The notes under the pieces were generated by a model, which was not told where the DNA came from, ran no database searches, and was given only the letters and a program-made list of their open reading frames with translations. Made by a program: the position numbers and the translations under genes. This document shows, piece after piece, positions 1 to 11,281 of a stretch of DNA of 64,000 nucleotides. Numbering within the stretch: position 1 is the stretch's first letter; each line of letters starts with the position of its first letter. The stretch is from an uncultured Acidimicrobiales bacterium (GTDB taxonomy: Bacteria > Actinomycetota > Acidimicrobiia > Acidimicrobiales > DATKAS01), in contig CAVSCP010000006.1 in the NCBI GenBank assembly GCA_963726495.1, forward strand, positions 140,312 to 204,311, written 5' to 3'.

Positions 1-1033
1 CCTTCGCGCCGCCGGCCGTCGCCTCGTCGATCCACGCCGTCACTCGGTCGCGCTCGCCGGTCGAGATGAGCGACGAGACCTCGGTCGCCTCGTCGAGGGG
101 GTCGCCGACGACCAACGTGCGCACCCGTTCGGCCAATCCGGCTGTGAAGTCGTCGACCAGGGCACGTTGGACGTAGATGCGTTGCGTCGAGATGCACGAC
201 TGCCCGGCATGGCTGAACCCGGCCACGCGGATCTTGTCCGCGGCGGACTGCCAATTGCCGTCCGACTCGATGATCACGGGGGCGTTGTTGCCGAGCTCGA
301 GGCCGACCTTCTTGCGGGGCGCCCGGGCCTTGATCCCCCAGCCGACCTCCGGCGAACCAGTGAACGTGATGAGCGCGATGTCGGGATCGTCGACCAGCGC
401 GTTGCCCACCGTGGACCCTCCGCCGGTGACCACATTGAGATGGCCGAGCGGGAGACCACATTCTTGGAGCAACATCTGCGCCAGGGTGATGGCCGAGAAG
501 GGCGTCTGGCTGGCCGGCTTGAGCACGACCGGGCAGCCAGCGGCGATCGCGGGTGCCACCTTGTGGGCGACAAGGTTCAGCGGAAAGTTGAAGGGGCTGA
601 TGGCACCGACGACGCCGATCGGCACGCGGAGGGTGAAGCCGAGCTTCCCCTCACCTGGCGCGGCCGCGTCGAGCGGCACCATCTCCCCGGCAAGCTTCCG
701 GGCCTCGACGGCGGCGAACACGAACGTGCCGACCGCCCGTTCGGCCTCGACCCGCGCCGTACGGATCGGCTTGGCGGCCTCCTCGGCGATGATCCGCGCG
801 AACTCCTCGACCCGCTCCTTCAACCGCGCCGCGGCGGCGTCGAGGATCTCGGCTCGCCGCCACGGCGGCAGCGTCTCGGCAGCCTTGGCGGCCGCGACGG
901 CACGACTGACCTCGGCAGGCCCGCACGCCGGCACGCGGCCCAGCTCGGCTCCGTTGAACGGCGAGTGCACCGCGATCGTGTCGGTGCCGGTGAACTGCTC
1001 GTCGCCGATGGGCACTGCCCTGGTCTCTGACAC
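1..1033 (-). CDS. Aldehyde dehydrogenase family protein (partial; 3' end beyond left edge)
   Basis: Absent from the ORF track because it runs off the window edge. My translation of the minus strand from GTG (1033..1031) gives VSETRAVPIGDEQFTGTDTIAVHSPFNGAELGRV...GKLGFTLRVPIGVVGAISPFNFPLNLVAHKVAPAIAAGCPVVLKPASQTP, the ALDH PFNFP/NAD-binding region. The + ORFs 167..1030 and 177..1073 are antisense shadows. Confidence 0.8.
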   Translation of the reverse strand, partial: MSETRAVPIGDEQFTGTDTIAVHSPFNGAELGRVPACGPAEVSRAVAAAKAAETLPPWRRAEILDAAAARLKERVEEFARIIAEEAAKPIRTARVEAERAVGTFVFAAVEARKLAGEMVPLDAAAPGEGKLGFTLRVPIGVVGAISPFNFPLNLVAHKVAPAIAAGCPVVLKPASQTPFSAITLAQMLLQECGLPLGHLNVVTGGGSTVGNALVDDPDIALITFTGSPEVGWGIKARAPRKKVGLELGNNAPVIIESDGNWQSAADKIRVAGFSHAGQSCISTQRIYVQRALVDDFTAGLAERVRTLVVGDPLDEATEVSSLISTGERDRVTAWIDEATAGGAK

Positions 1034-1069
1034 CGCTCCCCCTCACTCGACGTTCCGTGAATCCCGGAG

Positions 1070-2338
1070 GTGATCCCCTTGGCTGCGACTGACCAACCGC
1101 TTTCCGCGATCCTCGAAGACCTGCTTGGTCCCGACCTCCCGATCGCGATCCGAGCCTACGACGGAAGCCGACTCGGCCCGCCTGAGGACGAAGCCGGCGC
1201 GACGATCATCGTCCGCTCGCCCGACGCGCTGCGCCGAATCGTCACCGCGCCGGGCGAGCTGGGCTTCGGCCGGGCGTACGTCGCGGGCGACCTCGACGTC
1301 GAGGGCGACATCTACGAAGCCTTGAAGCTCGGTGACGCGCTTCCCCACTTCAAGCTGAACCCGAAGCAGTGGAGCGCGCTCGTGAAGCTCATCGGCGTCG
1401 AGGGCCTCAAGCCGCTGCCTCCCCCGCCGGAGGAAGCCCGCCTGCGCGGCCGCCGGCACTCGAAGGAGCGCGACGCCGCGGCGATCCAGCACCACTACGA
1501 CGTCTCGAACGAGTTCTACGAGATGGTGCTCGGCTCGACCATGACCTACTCGTGCGCCGTCTTCGAGAAGCCGAGCGATCCGCTCGACCGCGCCCAAGAG
1601 CAGAAGTACGAGCTCATCTGCCGCAAGCTCGACCTGCAGCCGGGCCAGCGGTTGCTCGACGTCGGGTGCGGCTGGGGCGGAATGGCGATGCACGCCGCGA
1701 GCCACCACGGGGTGCGGGCGGTCGGCATCACGATCTCCCCGTCGCAGGCCGAGAAGGCGCGCGAGCGCGTGGCGGCCGCAGGGCTCTCCGACCGGGTCGA
1801 CATCCGCCTGCTCGACTACCGCGACGTCGTCGACGGGCCGTACGACGCGATCAGCTCGATCGGGATGTTCGAGCACGTGGGCTTGGCGAAGCTCGGCGAG
1901 TACTTCGAGCGGCTCCGCGAGGTGGTCGTGCCCGGAGGCCGGGTGCTGAACCACGGCATCAGCCGTCCCTGGAAGAAGGGCTCCGGGCGCTTCGGGCGCT
2001 CGACCTTCATCGACCGCTACGTGTTCCCCGACGGCGAGCTGCACGAGGTCGGCGCAGTCGTGTCGGCGATGCAGCAGCACGGCCTCGAGGTGCGGCACGT
2101 CGAAGGGCTGCGCGAGCACTACGCCCTCACGCTTCGGCATTGGGTTGCGAACCTCGAAGCCAACTGGGACGAAGCGGTGCGGCAGGTCGGCCTCGGCCGC
2201 GCGAAGGTCTGGCGCCTGTACATGGCGGCGTCCGCGCTGAACTTCGAGAAGGGTGGGAATCAGATCCACCAAGTGCTCGCAGTGCGGCCCGACGGTGGCG
2301 CATCGCACATGCCCTTGCGACCTGATTGGGGCGCATAG
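1070..2338 (+). CDS. Cyclopropane-fatty-acyl-phospholipid synthase family SAM-dependent methyltransferase
   Basis: 422-aa ORF with HHYDVSNEFYEMVLG, TYSCAVF and LLDVGCGWGGMAMHAA (SAM GxGxG), the typical CFA/mycolate-modifying methyltransferase layout. GGAGG at 1066-1070 suggests the real start may be TTG at 1079. Confidence 0.85.
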   Translation: MIPLAATDQPLSAILEDLLGPDLPIAIRAYDGSRLGPPEDEAGATIIVRSPDALRRIVTAPGELGFGRAYVAGDLDVEGDIYEALKLGDALPHFKLNPKQWSALVKLIGVEGLKPLPPPPEEARLRGRRHSKERDAAAIQHHYDVSNEFYEMVLGSTMTYSCAVFEKPSDPLDRAQEQKYELICRKLDLQPGQRLLDVGCGWGGMAMHAASHHGVRAVGITISPSQAEKARERVAAAGLSDRVDIRLLDYRDVVDGPYDAISSIGMFEHVGLAKLGEYFERLREVVVPGGRVLNHGISRPWKKGSGRFGRSTFIDRYVFPDGELHEVGAVVSAMQQHGLEVRHVEGLREHYALTLRHWVANLEANWDEAVRQVGLGRAKVWRLYMAASALNFEKGGNQIHQVLAVRPDGGASHMPLRPDWGA

Positions 2339-2356
2339 CCAGATAGGTTCCGCTCA

Positions 2357-3115
2357 GTGGTGGAGTTCGCGTTCCTCGATCATCCCGGTCCGATCCCGTT
2401 CGCCCACCGCGGCGGCGCGGGTGAGTGGCCCGAGAACACGATGCCGGCGTTCGAGGGCGCGGTCCGCCTCGGCTACCGCTACGTCGAGACCGACGTGCAC
2501 GTGACCTCCGACGGCGCGCTCCTTGCCTTCCACGACGACGTCCTCGATCGGGTCACCGACCACGAGGGCGACATCGCCAAGCTGCCGTGGGAGGTCGTGC
2601 GCACCGCGAGGGTCGGCGGACGCGAGCCCATCCCGCTGCTCGAGGAGCTTCTGGGGACGTTCCCCGACCTGCGCGTCAACATCGATCCCAAGCACGACGC
2701 TGCGGTCGCTCCGCTCGTCGAGGTGATCGAGAAGCACGATGCCGTCGACCGCGTCTGCATCGGCTCGTTCTCGGGCAAGCGCGTCGCCGAGCTGCAGAAG
2801 GCGCTCGGGCCGCGGCTGTGCACCGCGCTCGGCCCGAAGGCGGTGCGGCGGCTCGTGGTCGCGTCGCGGGGGATCCCCGTGGGCCGGTTCGGCCAGCCCT
2901 GCGCACAGGTGCCGCCGGCGCGGGGATCGGTCACGGTCGTGAACCAGCGCTTCCTCGACGCCGCGCACAAGCGGGGCATCGCGGTGCACGTGTGGACGAT
3001 CGACGACGCGATGGAGATGGAGCGACTGCTCGACCTCGGCGTCGACGGGATCATGACCGACCGGCCCGCCGTGCTCAGAGCCGTGCTCGAGGGCCGCGAC
3101 CAATGGGTTTCATGA
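2357..3115 (+). CDS. Glycerophosphodiester phosphodiesterase (GDPD family)
   Basis: 252-aa intact ORF. FAHRGG..WPENT, YVETDVHVTSDG, HVWTIDD and GVDGIMTD match GlpQ/UgpQ-type GDPD motifs. Confidence 0.85.
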   Translation: MVEFAFLDHPGPIPFAHRGGAGEWPENTMPAFEGAVRLGYRYVETDVHVTSDGALLAFHDDVLDRVTDHEGDIAKLPWEVVRTARVGGREPIPLLEELLGTFPDLRVNIDPKHDAAVAPLVEVIEKHDAVDRVCIGSFSGKRVAELQKALGPRLCTALGPKAVRRLVVASRGIPVGRFGQPCAQVPPARGSVTVVNQRFLDAAHKRGIAVHVWTIDDAMEMERLLDLGVDGIMTDRPAVLRAVLEGRDQWVS

Positions 3116-4669
3116 GCGTGAGCCGCGGGTCTCATGAGCTGATGGAGCTGCCGCTCACCCCGATCGACTTCCTCCTCCGAGCGCGGCGCCTCTTCCCCGA
3201 TCGAGAGGGTGTGATCCAGCACGAGGGCGGAGCGCGCGCTCGGGTCTTCACCTACGCCGACATGGCCGAGCGCGCCGCGCGCATGGCGCAGGTCCTGCAG
3301 AACGACTTCGACGTCCGGCCCGGCGACCGCGTCGCGTGGCTCTGCGGCAATCGCCACGAGCTGCTCGAGGCCTACTACGGCGTGCTTCTCGCCGGCGCGG
3401 TGCTGCTTCCCCTCAACATCCGCCTCTCGGTGCACGAGCTGCGCGGACAGCTCGACGACAGCCGCGCCTCGGTGCTCGTCCGCGACGCGACGCTCACCGA
3501 GGTCGACCACCCGGTGCGACAGGTCACGCTCGGCGACGAGTGGGAGAGCAGACTGGCCGCACAGCCCCACTCGTGGATCGAGCCCCCGAACGTCGACGAG
3601 CGTGCCGTTGCCGAGATCTTCTACACGAGCGGCTCGACGGGGAAGCCGAAGGGGGCGATGCTCACCCACCGCGGGCTGTACCTCCACGCGGTGCACTCCG
3701 CCCTCACGTTGAACATCAGCGGCCACGACGTCGTGCTGCACACGATCCCGCTCTTCCATGTGAACGGATGGGGCACCCCGCACTACGTGACTGGGCTCGG
3801 CGGCGTGCACGTGATGCTGCCCCGCTTCGACTCCGCCGAGGTGCTCCGCCTCGTCGAGGCCGAGCGCGTCACGCGGCTGTACCTGGTGCCCGCGATGATG
3901 ACCGCGCTGCTCAACGATCCGACGTTCGAAAGCCGCGACCTGACGAGCGTGCAGCAGCTGTCCGTCGGCGGCGCGCCGACACCGCCCGCGCTCCTCGCCG
4001 AGGCCGAGCGCCGATTCGGGTGCGAGTGCATCTGCGGCTACGGGATGACCGAGAGCGGTCCGCAGATGACGAAGGCGATCGACAAGCCCGGCGAGCCCCG
4101 ATCAGCCCGACGCCGCAGCACGACCGGGATGCCGATCCTCGGCGTCGACCTGCGCATCTTCGACGATGACGACCACGAGCTGCCCGTGGGACGGCGTGAC
4201 CGCGGGCGAGATCAGGTCGCGGTCGAACCACGTGATGGCGGGCTACTGGGAGAGCCCCGAAGACACCGAACGCGCGCTCGAAGGCGGGTGGCTGCACACC
4301 GGTGACGTCGCCACGATCTCGCCGGACGGCTTCTTGACGATCGTCGACCGCAAGAAGGACCTCATCATCTCGGGCGGCGAGAACATCAGCTCGGTCGAGG
4401 TCGAGAACGCGCTCACGGAGCATCCGGCGGTGCTCGAAGCCGCAGTGGTCGGCGTGCCCGACGAGCGATGGGGAGAGGTGCCGCGCGCGTTCGTCGCGCT
4501 GCGCTCCGGTTCTGACGCGTCCCCCGACGAGCTGGTCGCGTTCGTGCGTGCGCGCCTCGCGCACTTCAAGGCGCCCAAGGACGTGCGCATCGTCGATGCC
4601 TTGCCCCGCGGCGGCACGGGCAAGGTGCTGAAGACCGTGCTGCGCGAGGCGGACGTAGCGGCGAGCTAG
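3103..4669 (+). pseudogene. AMP-dependent acyl-CoA synthetase/ligase (FadD-like), one frameshift near 4185
   Basis: Tail of ORF 2425..4305 (from MGFMSVS) carries YTSGSTGKPKGAML, GYGMTE and IFDDDDHELP. ORF 4166..4669 continues WDGVTAGEI..MAGYW..WLHTGD..DRKKDLIISGGENISS..PRGGTGKVLK. The join is at ctgcccgtgggac. The 226 aa upstream of 3103 in ORF 2425 overlap the GDPD gene and are not coding. Confidence 0.85.
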
Positions 4670-5074
4670 CTCGCTGGCTTGCCGCACGCCGACCATCCAG
4701 CGCACGCCGAAGCGGTCCTTGCACATGCCCCACTTCGGGGAGAAGAACGTCTCCATCATCGGCTGCGTCGCTTCGCCGCCCTCGGCGAGCGCGTCGTACA
4801 CCTTGTCGGCCGTGGGGATGTCGGGGGCTTCGTGGTACACGTGGATGCCCTCGACGCCCCGGTAGCCGCCGGTCGGGTCGTCCGATCCCATGAGCAGGCG
4901 TCCGTCGATGTTGAGCGCCGCGTGGATGATCAGGTCGGCCTGGTCTGCGGGCACCTGCTCGCCGGGCATGTCACCCATGCGCAGCAACGTGAGGTCGCCA
5001 CCGAAGATCTCGTGATACCGCGTGAACGCGTCACTGCATGACTTGTCGAACATCAGGTATGGGTCGAAGCTCAT
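4666..5074 (-). CDS. VOC / PhnB-like (glyoxalase-fold) protein; 3' end uncertain
   Basis: N-terminal 135 aa of ORF 3911..5074 (MSFDPYLMFDKSCSDAFTRYHEIFGG...FFSPKWGMCKDRFGVRWMV) look like PhnB/3-demethylubiquinone methyltransferase-fold VOC proteins, which normally end just after WMV. The listed frame reads through antisense to fadD. A neighbouring frame ends KPAS-TAG at 4666, so a terminal frameshift or lost stop is likely. Confidence 0.6.
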
Positions 5075-5114
5075 GCCTGAGTCTTCCCCTTCTGGCCGCC
5101 CGGAACCCCAGCTG

Positions 5115-6567
5115 TCATCGCGGCTCTCCCGTCTCCGGGTGCGTGTCGATCTGGGCCTTCTGCAGCCGGCCCGAGTAGTCGACGTACACCGTCTTGACCT
5201 GGCTGAACTGCTCGATGCCTCGGGTGCCGGCCTCGCGGAACCCGTTGCCGGTGTGCTTGGTGCCGCCGAACGGAAGCGGGATCTCGGCGCCGATCGTCGG
5301 TGCGTTCACGTACACGATTCCCGTGTCGATGCGGTCGACGAGCTGCAGCGCGGCGTTGATGTCCCGCGTGTAGACCGCGGCCGACAGCCCGTACTCGGAT
5401 GCGTTCACGACGTCGACGGCCTCTCCTCGTCGCCCACCTCGATCACCGACAGCACCGGCCCGAACACCTCTTCGCGGGCGATCGTGTGGTCGGGACGCAC
5501 ACCGGTCAGCACCGTCGGAGCGACGAACGCGCCGCCCTCGCAGCCCTCGACCTCGAGCACGTGCCCTCCGGTCACGACGGTGGCGCCCTCGGCGACCGCG
5601 CGCTCGATCATCCCGATGATGCGCTCAGCCGAGCGGCGATCGATCACGGGACCGACGTCGGTCGTGGCGACCGTCGGATCGCCGAGCACGAGCGCCTCGG
5701 CCCGCTTCGCGACGCGTTCGACGACTGCGGTCGCCACCGCGCGGTGCACCACGAGGCGCGACGTCGAGGTGCAGCGCTGGCCCGACGTGCCGAATGCGCC
5801 GAACAGCGCGCCTTCGACGACGAGGTCGAGGTCGGCATCGTCGAGGACGACCATCGCGTTCTTGCCGCCGAGCTCGAGCGACACGAGGCGGGGGCCGGTC
5901 TCCATCGCCCGTGCCGCGACGAGCCGGCCGGTGGGCACCGAGCCCGTGAACGAGAGCGCTCCGACGCCGGGGTGCACGGCGAGCGCCGCACCGGGCTCGC
6001 CGGCGCCGTGGACGACCTGGAGCAGCGCGGCCGGGATGCCCGCGGTCACCAGCGCGTCGACGAACGCATCGGCGCAGAGCGGCGTGTGCTCGGACGGCTT
6101 CAGCACGATCCCGTTGCCGGCGAGCAGCGCCGGGAAGCACTTCCACGACGGGATCGCGACCGGGAAGTTCCACGGCGTGATCATCCCGACCACCCCGATC
6201 GGCTGTCGCGTCGTCCAAGCCATCTTGTTGGACAGCTCGGAGGCCACCACGCTTCCCAGCGCGGCGCGGCCTTGGCCGGCGACGAACCGACCCATGTCGA
6301 CGGCTTCTTGCACGTCGCCTCCCGCCTCGACGAGCACCTTGCCCGCCTCGCGCGCGACGAGCTCCGCGAGCTGGCCCTTGCGGTCGGCGATGACGTCGGC
6401 AGCGCGGGCGATGAGGTCGGCGCGCGCAGGGATCGGGCGGCGAGCCCACTCCCGCTGCGCCTCGCTCGCCGCGCGACCGCGCGGTCGACGTCGGCCGCGG
6501 TTGCCGCGGTGAACGTGCCCAGCACCTCCGCCGGACGGGCCGGGTTGACGGAATCGAATGTCGCCAT
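5115..6567 (-). pseudogene. Aldehyde dehydrogenase family protein, two frameshifts (about 6475 and 5415)
   Basis: Three fragments: MATFDSVNPARPAEVLGTFTAATAADVDRAVA (within ORF 6181..6840); ORF 5405..6337 with GVVGMITPWNFP, LKPSEHTP, ELGGKNA and GQRCTS; ORF 5115..5408 with NASEYGLSAAVYT and PFGGTKHTGNG. My re-translation across 6475 restores AASEAQREWARRPIPARADLIARAADVIADRKGQLAELVAREAGK. Confidence 0.85.
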
Positions 6568-6617
6568 CGCCTCATTGTGTCCCGTCCTCCCCGGGCTCCC
6601 CCTAGCGTGCCGTCGCG

Positions 6618-8216
6618 GTGGCAGAGCCGCTCGTCCCGTTCGCGACTCGCTTCGCGCCGACCGCGATGGTGTCGACGATCGACCACCTCGCGACCGAAGC
6701 CGGGCTCGGCGTGCTGCGCGACGGCGGCAGCGCGGCCGACGCGGCGATCGCGTCGAACGCGGTGCTCGCGGTCGTGGCTCCGAACCTCTGCGGGATGGGC
6801 GGCGATCTCTTCGCACTCGTGTCACGAGACGACGAGCCACCAGCGACGCTGAACGCCGCGGGGCGCGCAGGGTCGGGCGCCGATGCCGCCCGGCTCCGAG
6901 CCGAAGGCTTCGTCGAGATGCCGTTCAAGGAAGACATCCGCTCGGTCACGGTGCCGGGCTGCGTCGACGGATGGCTCGCGCTCCACGAGCGGTTCGGGCG
7001 ACTCGGTCTCGATCGCGTGCTCGCTCCCGCGATCGGCTACGCCCGGGACGGGTTCCCCGCGTCGACCATGCTCGCGGCGTCGATCCCGGTGCTCCCTCCG
7101 CGGCCCGGATCGGAGGATCTGCGCGGCCCGACCGGCCAGCGCGCACCTGGCGAGGTGATCCGGAGACCGGGCGTCGCCCGTGCGCTCGACTGCGATCGTC
7201 TCGGACGGACGCGCCGGGTTCTACGAAGGCGAGTTCGGCGAAGGGCTCCTGAAGCTCGGCAACGGCGAGTACGCCGCGGCCGACTTCGAGAGCCCGGGGG
7301 CGCGATGGGTCGACCCGATCAGCGTCGAGGCGTTCGGGCACATCCTTTGGGGGATCCCGCCGAGCTCGCAGGGCTACCTCCTCCTCTCGAGCGCGTGGAT
7401 CGCGGATGGCCTGCCACTTCCTGACGACGCCGACGATCCGCTCTGGGCGCACCTGCTGATCGAGGCGTCGAAGCAGGCGGGCCACGACCGGCCCGCGGTG
7501 CTCGCACGACGCGGCCGACGGCCGCGCGCTCGTGAGCACCGAGCGCCTCGCGCCGCGTCGCGCAAGCGATCGCCGTCGACCGCGCCTCCCATCTCGGTGT
7601 CGGCGCGAGAGTCGGCGACACGACCGCGCTGTGCGTCGTCGACGGGGACGGCGTCGGCGTGTCGCTCATCCAGTCGAACGCCTCGGGCTTCGGGAGCCAC
7701 CTGTTCGAGCCGTCGACGGGCATCAACCTGCACAACCGCGGGCTCGGCTTCTCGGTCGAGGAAGGGCACCCGGCCGGAGTACGCGCCGGGACGGCAACCC
7801 CCACACACGCTCACTCCCGCGATGGTCACCGACCTCGACGGCCGGCTCGCCGCGGTGCTCGGGACGATGGGCGGCGACTCGCAGCCGCAGATCCTCTTGC
7901 AGATCCTGGCCCGCACGTTCGGGCTCGGCGAGTCACCGTCCCGAGCGATCGCAGCAGGACGGTTCCGCCTCTCGGCAAAGGAGCAGACCACGGGGTTCGC
8001 GATCTGGACCGACCCAGCGGGCACCGCCGTCGCCCTCGAAGGGCACGCGCCCTCCGGCATGGGCGGGCGGGCTCACGTGCCCGCGGGCACGAGGTCGCCA
8101 CCACCGCCGCGTTCGACCACGGCTTCGGTCACGCCCACCTCATCGTCGTCGACGACGGACACCTCGCCGGTGCCGCCGACCCGCGCGCCCGAACGGGTCT
8201 CTGCTCCGGGCTGTAG
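6618..8216 (+). pseudogene. ggt: Gamma-glutamyltransferase family protein, at least 5 frameshifts
   Basis: Fragments in ORFs 6618..7424, 7180..8424, 7532..8593 and 7659..8216. Motifs: GGSAADAAIASNAVLAVVAPNLCGMGGDLF, SVTVPGCVDGW, catalytic-Thr region GDTTALCVVDGDGVGVSLIQSNASGFGS, TLTPAMV, LGTMGGDSQPQILLQIL, and C-terminus AAFDHGFGHAHLIVVDDG. Confidence 0.8.
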
Positions 8217-8237
8217 CGGCGCTACCGTCGCGGCGCA

Positions 8238-9489
8238 GTGGGCATCCTCCTGGTTGGGGCGACAACCGCAGAGGGCGGGACGATCGACGTGCGCATCGAC
8301 GCAGGTCGCATCGCCGCGGTCGGCGCGCTCGAGCGGCTGCCCGACGACGAGGTGCACGACCTCACCGGATACGTCCTGCTCCCGGCGCCCGCCGAACCCC
8401 ATGCCCACCTCGACAAGGCGCTGACCGCGGACCGCGTGGTCAACCGCACGGGCGACCTCCTCGGCGCGATCGAGGCGTGGCACGCTGCCTGGCCCACCCT
8501 CACGAAGGACGACATCGTCCGAGCGCGCCCGCCGCGCGGCGCTGTCCGGTGTCGCGAACGGGCTCACCGCGATCCGCTCGCACGGCGACCTGAGCAGCGT
8601 GATCGGGCTGCGCAGCATGGAGGCGCTCGTCGAGGTCCGCGACGAGCTCCGCGACCTCGTCGACATCCAGGTCGTCGCGCTCATCGCGCTTCCGACTGCG
8701 GGGCTGGCGGGCGCGAACCACCGCGCGCTGCTGCGCGACGCGCTCGACCTGGGCGTCGACGTCGCCGGCGGGTGCCCGCACCTCGACGACGACCGCCTCG
8801 GCTGCCTCGAAGCCTGCTTGGAGGTGGCAGCCGCGGCGGGCCGCCCGATCGACCTCCACATCGACGAGACCCTCGAATCCCGAGGTGCTGGGGCTGCGTG
8901 ACTTCGCCCGCCTCGTCGTCGAGCACCGGCTTCCCCCACGGCGCGACCGCGAGCCACTGCGTGAGCCTCGGCATGCAGGAGGAGATATGTCCAGAAGGCC
9001 GTCGCCGCTGAAGTCGCCGAGGCCGGCATGGCCGTCGTCACTCTCCCCCAGACCAACCTCTTCCTGCAGGGCCACGGCCACGTGACAGGCATGCCTCGCG
9101 GCCTGACCGCGCTCCGGCCCCTGCTCGACGCCGGCGTGACCCTCGCGGGCGGCGCCGACAACGTGCAGGACCCGTTCAACACGATGGGCCGCGCCGACCC
9201 GCTCGAGACCGCTGCGCTGCTGGTGATGGCTGGCCACCTGCTCCCAGACGAGGCCTACGCCGCGGTCAGCGCGGGCGCACGCGCCGCGATGGGTCTCGAA
9301 CCGGTGTCGATCGCGGCTGGCTCGCCGGCCGAGCTGCTCGCGGTGCGAGCCACCACCCTCCGCGAGGCGATCGCCACCGCTCACCCCGACCGGCTCGTCT
9401 ATCACCGTGGCCGCCTCGTGGCCCAGACCCGGTCGACCACCGTCTTCGCCGACACAGTCCTCGCCGACACAGAGCGTTCACATGACTGA
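8238..9489 (+). pseudogene. Amidohydrolase, cytosine-deaminase-like (possible cytosine/creatinine-type deaminase), at least 3 frameshifts
   Basis: ORF 8238..9011 starts MGILLVGATT...LLPAPAEPHAHLDKA (HxH metal site). ORF 8599..8901 has GRPIDLHIDET. ORF 9028..9489 has TLPQTNLFLQG and GGADNVQDPFNTMGRADPLE. This is the layout of CodA-like amidohydrolases. Confidence 0.7.
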
Positions 9490-10303
9490 AGCAGTTCCTA
9501 CATCGGCCCTCCCTAGGGTGCCTGGCGTGGAGACCCTGGCTCCCGAGGCGGAGCGAACGCGTCCGAGCGCGGACGCCTCTCTCGTCTTCGACAACATCTC
9601 CAAGGCGTTCCCTGACGGCACGGTCGCGCTCGTCAACGTCTCGTTCGACGTGCGCCCCGGGGAGTTCGTCACCGTCGTCGGCCCGTCCGGCTGCGGCAAG
9701 TCCACGCTGCTGCGGATCGCGTCGGGCCTCACACCGACCTCGAGCGGGGTCGTCCGGGTCAACCGCGACAGCCTCGGCTACGTGTTCCAGGACCCGACGC
9801 TGCTGCAGTGGCGCACCGTTCGCCGCAACGTCGAGCTGCTCGCGGAGCTGCACGGCGTCGGCAAGACCGAGCGCGGCCGGCTCGCGCAGGAGGCGATCGA
9901 CCTCGTCGGGCTGACCGGCTTCGAGGACAAGTACCCCAAGCAGCTGTCGGGCGGCATGCGCATGCGCGCGTCGCTCGCGCGATCGCTCACCCTCAGCCCG
10001 AACGTGTTCCTGTTCGACGAGCCGTTCGGCGCGCTCGACGAGATCACCCGCGAGCGGCTCAACGACGAGCTGCTCACGTTGTTCTCGTCCAAGGGCTTCG
10101 CGTCGCTCTTCATCACTCACTCGATCTACGAGGCGGTCTTCCTCTCGACCCGGGTGATCGTGATGTCCGGCAGGCCCGGGCGCATCGTCGGCGACTTCGA
10201 GGTGCCATTCGGCTATCCCCGCGCTCCTGAGCTCCGGTTCGAGCCGAGCTTCGCCGAGCTGACCGGAGAGGTCTCGCACACGCTGAGAGGGGCCCACTCG
10301 TGA
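9482..10303 (+). CDS. ABC transporter ATP-binding protein (NitT/TauT, SsuB/TauB-like)
   Basis: Within ORF 9407..10303, starting at ATG 9482 (MTEAVPTS). Walker A GPSGCGKST, signature LSGGMRMR, Walker B FLFDEPFGALD. The stop overlaps the permease start (GTGA at 10300). Confidence 0.85.
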   Translation: MTEAVPTSALPRVPGVETLAPEAERTRPSADASLVFDNISKAFPDGTVALVNVSFDVRPGEFVTVVGPSGCGKSTLLRIASGLTPTSSGVVRVNRDSLGYVFQDPTLLQWRTVRRNVELLAELHGVGKTERGRLAQEAIDLVGLTGFEDKYPKQLSGGMRMRASLARSLTLSPNVFLFDEPFGALDEITRERLNDELLTLFSSKGFASLFITHSIYEAVFLSTRVIVMSGRPGRIVGDFEVPFGYPRAPELRFEPSFAELTGEVSHTLRGAHS

Positions 10304-11281
10304 CGTCGGTCGACGTGCGCCCGGTGCAAGACGAGCTCGAACAGGCGCTGCTCGAGCCACCGCCTCGGCGTTCGGCGTGGAAGTCGTTCCTCGTCGAGGT
10401 CATCGGACCGTTCATCGTCTTCTGGATCGTCATCGGCGTCTGGTACTTCATCTCGCTATCGCCTGCTGAAGCCTCACCGCCGGTTCCTCATGCCACCGCC
10501 TCACCGAGTGCTCGACGTCGCGTTCCTCGACAGCCGCAACCGCAACGAGCTGCTGCAGGGGCTGTGGAGCTCGACGAAGGTCGCGATGGTCGGCCTGGCG
10601 ATCGCGATCGTGCTCGGCATGCTCTTCGCGATCCTCATGAGCCAGGCGAAGTGGATCGAGCGCTCGCTCTTCCCCTATGCCGTCGTGCTCCAGACGATCC
10701 CGATCCTCGCGCTCGTGCCGCTGATCGGCTTCTGGTTCGACTTCAACTTCCGCAGCCGCGTGATCGTGTGCGTGCTGATCGCCATCTTCCCGATCATCAA
10801 CAACACGCTGTTCGGGTTGTTATCTGCTGACCAGGGCCAGCACGACCTCTTCACGCTGCACGACTCGAGTCGATTCACGCGCCTCTGGCGCCTGCAGCTG
10901 CCCGCGGGCATGCCCGCGATCTTCGCGGGCTTCCGCATCTCGGCCGGCCTGGCCGTGATCGGCGCGATCGTCGGCGACTTCTTCTTCCGGCAAGGCCAGC
11001 CGGGCATCGGGAAGCTCATCGACAACTACCGCTCGCGCCTCGAGTCCGAGAAGCTCTTCGGGGCGATCATCCTCTCGTCACTGCTCGGTCTCGTCGTCTT
11101 CTGGATCTTCGGGTTCATCGGGAACCGCGTCGTCGGCTCGTGGCACGAGACCGCCCGCAAGCAGTCCTCGACGCACGTTTCAGCAACACCAACAAGGAGG
11201 GCACATGCGCAAGACCACCAAGGCGGCCTGGCTCGCGGTTCCGCTGGCCGGCTTCCTGCTCCTCGCCGCGTGCGGGGATGA
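10300..11281 (+). pseudogene. ABC transporter permease (NitT/TauT family), frameshift near 10460
   Basis: ORF 10300..10830 N-terminus (FLVEVIGPFIVFWIVIGVWYFISL) continues in ORF 10490..11281 (LFPYAVVLQTIPILALVPLIGFWFDFNFRSRV...IFPIINNT...RLQLPAGMPAIFAGFRIS = EAA-loop region). The 3' end overlaps the next gene by 77 nt and is uncertain. Confidence 0.75.

Noticed and set aside
2425-3102. 226-aa N-terminal extension of the fadD ORF (ORF 2425..4305)
   Set aside because: It overlaps the GDPD gene out of frame and is Arg/Pro-rich nonsense. The ligase homology starts at MGFMSVS/ELPLTPIDFL near 3103.
3911-5074. 387-aa form of the VOC/PhnB-like ORF
   Set aside because: Only the first 135 aa or so resemble the family. 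The remainder is antisense to the well-supported fadD 3' half. An alternative frame ends at the TAG at 4666, so the long form is read-through from a terminal indel or lost stop.
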